The position numbers were made by a program, and so were the translations under genes. Under the pieces are notes generated by a model that did not search any database, was not told where the DNA came from, and saw only the letters and a list, made by a program, of their open reading frames with translations. DNA of 63,357 nt, the filler included, from Perkinsus chesapeaki ATCC PRA-425 (Eukaryota > Protista > Perkinsozoa), in the NCBI GenBank assembly GCA_013115145.1. It is 7 parts of 7 records of this genome, joined end to end, with 100 filler letters (N's around TTAATTAATTAA, not from the genome) between each part and the next. Parts side by side here need not be neighbours in the genome. Positions count along the whole stretch, not along the records: positions 60,547 to 63,357 come from JAAPAO010001522.1; 6 more parts are not named here. The stretch is one strand, 5' to 3'. Of the stretch, positions 60,861 to 63,357 are shown piece by piece. Numbering within the stretch: position 1 is the first letter of the stretch; every line of letters begins with the position of its first letter.

Positions 60861-62220
60861 GATGTGTGAAATAGATACCACTACTGCTGCTGCTCCTGGG
60901 GCTGGAGATGCCCCCCCTGCCGTCCATGTGGAGGAGGTGCCTAATATTAACGCTTATGATGCTAAGGAATGGAATACTGTAAGGAGGAGGGCTTGGGAAA
61001 TTTAACAATGGTGGAGTTGCTAATCGTGAAAGTTGACTAACCAGGGTGAGAAGGATTCCCCTGAAGAGAGCAAGCCCGAAGAGGGTGCTGGCGGGAGCGG
61101 CAGCGGTCCAGCTGAAGATGAGGAAGGCCCTCGTGATCCGGCCCCGTCGGCTGAAGCATCTCCTCCACCTGAGACCAATGAGGAGGTAGTAAGGGTGTTA
61201 TTAATATGTGAAATAAAGAGATAAAAGGCATTATGAGGGTTATTCATTATTGCAAATTCTAATACCTACTGCAATACTACTCGGGCAAATTCTAGTTTGA
61301 ATGGTTTCTTCAGTTCTTAGATGGCACAGAATTTGTTTGTTGCATATTATGAGTTGGGAGTCGAATTGATCCTCGGAGGGACAGTTGTTTTGGTAGTCTT
61401 CCTTTGGGGTCCCGGCCATGTAGGTGGAAATACAACTAGGACTGGATGTGACCTTGAGGAGAGATGGATAATTTTCCGGAAGACTTCGTGGACCGTTTTT
61501 ATTTCATTTTACAAAATATTGTCATCTCTGGCATCCCCTCTTCGCCCGGTTTCATCGTGAATGTATTGGATGAAGTGGAAAAATGTTTTCATAAAAACTG
61601 AAATGTCCTAATCGAGCGTATCTTAATAATCTTAATATCTTTGCTTGAATCAATGCCTACGTGTTATCAAGCTCCTTGGAGAGGTATACATCTTTGGTGA
61701 CCTTTCAGGCTCCCGCTGCTGAAGAGGCAAAGGACGCCGCACCGGTTGAGGAGACTAAGCCTGAAGCCGAGGAGGAAAAACCTGCCGAGGCCAACGAGCC
61801 GCCTGCGGTAGTTGAGGAAATTAGGAAACTGGAAAAGTGTTTTGCAGGGAACTGACGAAGCTGCTGCTGGTGCTGCTGCTGCGGATGGTGCTGATGGAGG
61901 TGATGCTGCTTCTCCACCAGAGGTAGTAGTGAGGGGGGTGAGGGATGAAGTGGGGATTGAGTTATGTTAGGGAGAGTAATTTATTGAATTTGAATTTACT
62001 AAAGGATATGGCATGTTGTTGAGGTTGTGATGGTGTTTTGTTGAAGTGTATTTTATGAGGGCGAACAAAGGGATGAATGGGAAGATTCCCTATAGTGGTA
62101 TATAATTCTTATAATTGTATTTATTTCCTATTTTTCGTAGTGCATCAGCACCTCTCCTTCGATCAGGCAGCAAGTGAGTGTCAGTATAGGAGTATAGCAG
62201 CGGGCCGCTGAGCTGCCGTG
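60861..62220 (+). CDS. Hypothetical acidic Ala/Glu/Pro-rich low-complexity protein, multi-exon
   Basis: GC-rich exon-like blocks (AAAPGAGDAPPA; GEKDSPEESKPEEGAGG; APAAEEAKDAAPVEETKPE; GTDEAAAGAAAADG) separated by AT-rich GT-AG introns. Confidence 0.5.
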
Positions 62221-63357
62221 AATGGCCCAACTCACCTGGTATATTCACGATATCGAAATTACACATTCTTGTACAGAGTCAGAGTCCACTACAGTCATTT
62301 ACACTACATTATACACAGTCAGAGTCTTACACTCAACAGCCGACGAGAAATCGCTGAAAAAACAGAATATTCCATTTCATTGGGGAGAGCTGTATATACT
62401 GTAATTGTTACAGCTCATTGTATTTGTTATAATTGTACTTATTTCTATGTAGATAGTTATAACTCCCTTTAATCTGTTTCCATAAGGAACCCGCCGCCAC
62501 TGGTAGGATTACTGCTATGTCGTTGACGGTTTCTTTAATCTTTGCTTGTAGTTGATATTCCCTTTTTAAATGGGTTTTGATGTCACTAGTATATGGCGGT
62601 CAAAGAGGAGGGAGATAGAGGTAGTGCAGGGGAGGGTACTGGCGAAAGGAAATGAGTGCTATATGTGATATTCGCGGGAAGGATACGCGGAAGCGGTATG
62701 GGCAGATACGGCGAGGGGACGGTCGTGATGTTGTGAACGTTGCTCTGAACGTTACAAGTTCGCATTTGGGAAAAATGCATACCAAAATGGCTGGTCGTTG
62801 GTTTGCTTGGCACTGTAAGTGCATTAGTGTAGTGGCGGATATCTGTTATTTTATAATAATATATAAAGATTATTTACTTATACAATATAAAGGGGAGTAA
62901 CGAATCGGTTTAGTGTTGATGCAACAGTAATTGAATTCGATAGTATTCTTTTTTGTTAAGTTCATTGGTTTTTCATTAATAGAATAACTAGCTCAACAAT
63001 GTTGAAGCTCTTGGGTCCCGAATAGGTTATATGATGGTGATGAGTGATACTGTGAAGTGGATGTTAGGATACTACGTATCTGGTGCATGCACGATTGATA
63101 AAGTATTCACATTGCCGTTTGTACCAGTATCATTAACAATGAGTTGGTCTTGCAAATGTCGTGCAAGCTATCCTACCTCCTCCTTGTCCTCCTCAGTAGT
63201 CTTTTAGGCTTCGACATGGGAAGGTCATCTTATTTTGTAAGGGGGTCATCCTGGTTAATATTTTAGGGTATAATCCAGTTTTCTATATACACCATTTCAA
63301 GATCTGATTAGTAAAAGCCAAGACCAAATTAGTTAAAGCCCAGAACAAATTAATATA

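Noticed and set aside
62586-63357. Exon-like fragments at the window end
   Set aside because: A consistent spliced frame could not be built and the gene is cut by the window edge.

Overview
Eukaryotic, intron-rich DNA, most consistent with a Perkinsus-like alveolate (inferred from gene content, 40-50 nt introns and retroelement types; no database check was possible). The window is not one locus. Six 100-nt N44-TTAATTAATTAA-N44 linkers (12235-12334, 16259-16358, 46508-46607, 48382-48481, 49855-49954, 60447-60546) join seven scaffolds, and there is one internal 99-N gap (37393-37491). Scaffold A carries a serine carboxypeptidase plus a rearranged partial copy, an NmrA-like reductase, a small Cys-rich secreted protein and a tRNA-Sec (UCA) gene. 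Scaffold B carries an ALMT/FUSC-like transporter. Scaffold C has a transposon nest (16.4-27.7 kb): a tyrosine-recombinase retrotransposon with open gag, RT-RNase H and YR frames bounded by an 11-bp direct repeat, a TA-flanked IS630/Tc1-like transposon with a very long D-E spacer, an LTR/gag remnant, and an unclassified repeat with CGGG termini. It then switches abruptly to extremely AT-rich, microsatellite-laden housekeeping genes (polycystin-like channel, mitochondrial carrier, aspartyl aminopeptidase, PKA catalytic subunit, CAND1). Scaffolds D and E are retroelement fragments. F carries an ERGIC3/Erv46-like gene, and G holds low-complexity gene fragments. Unrelated perfect palindromes with a single-base centre recur through the GC-balanced DNA.
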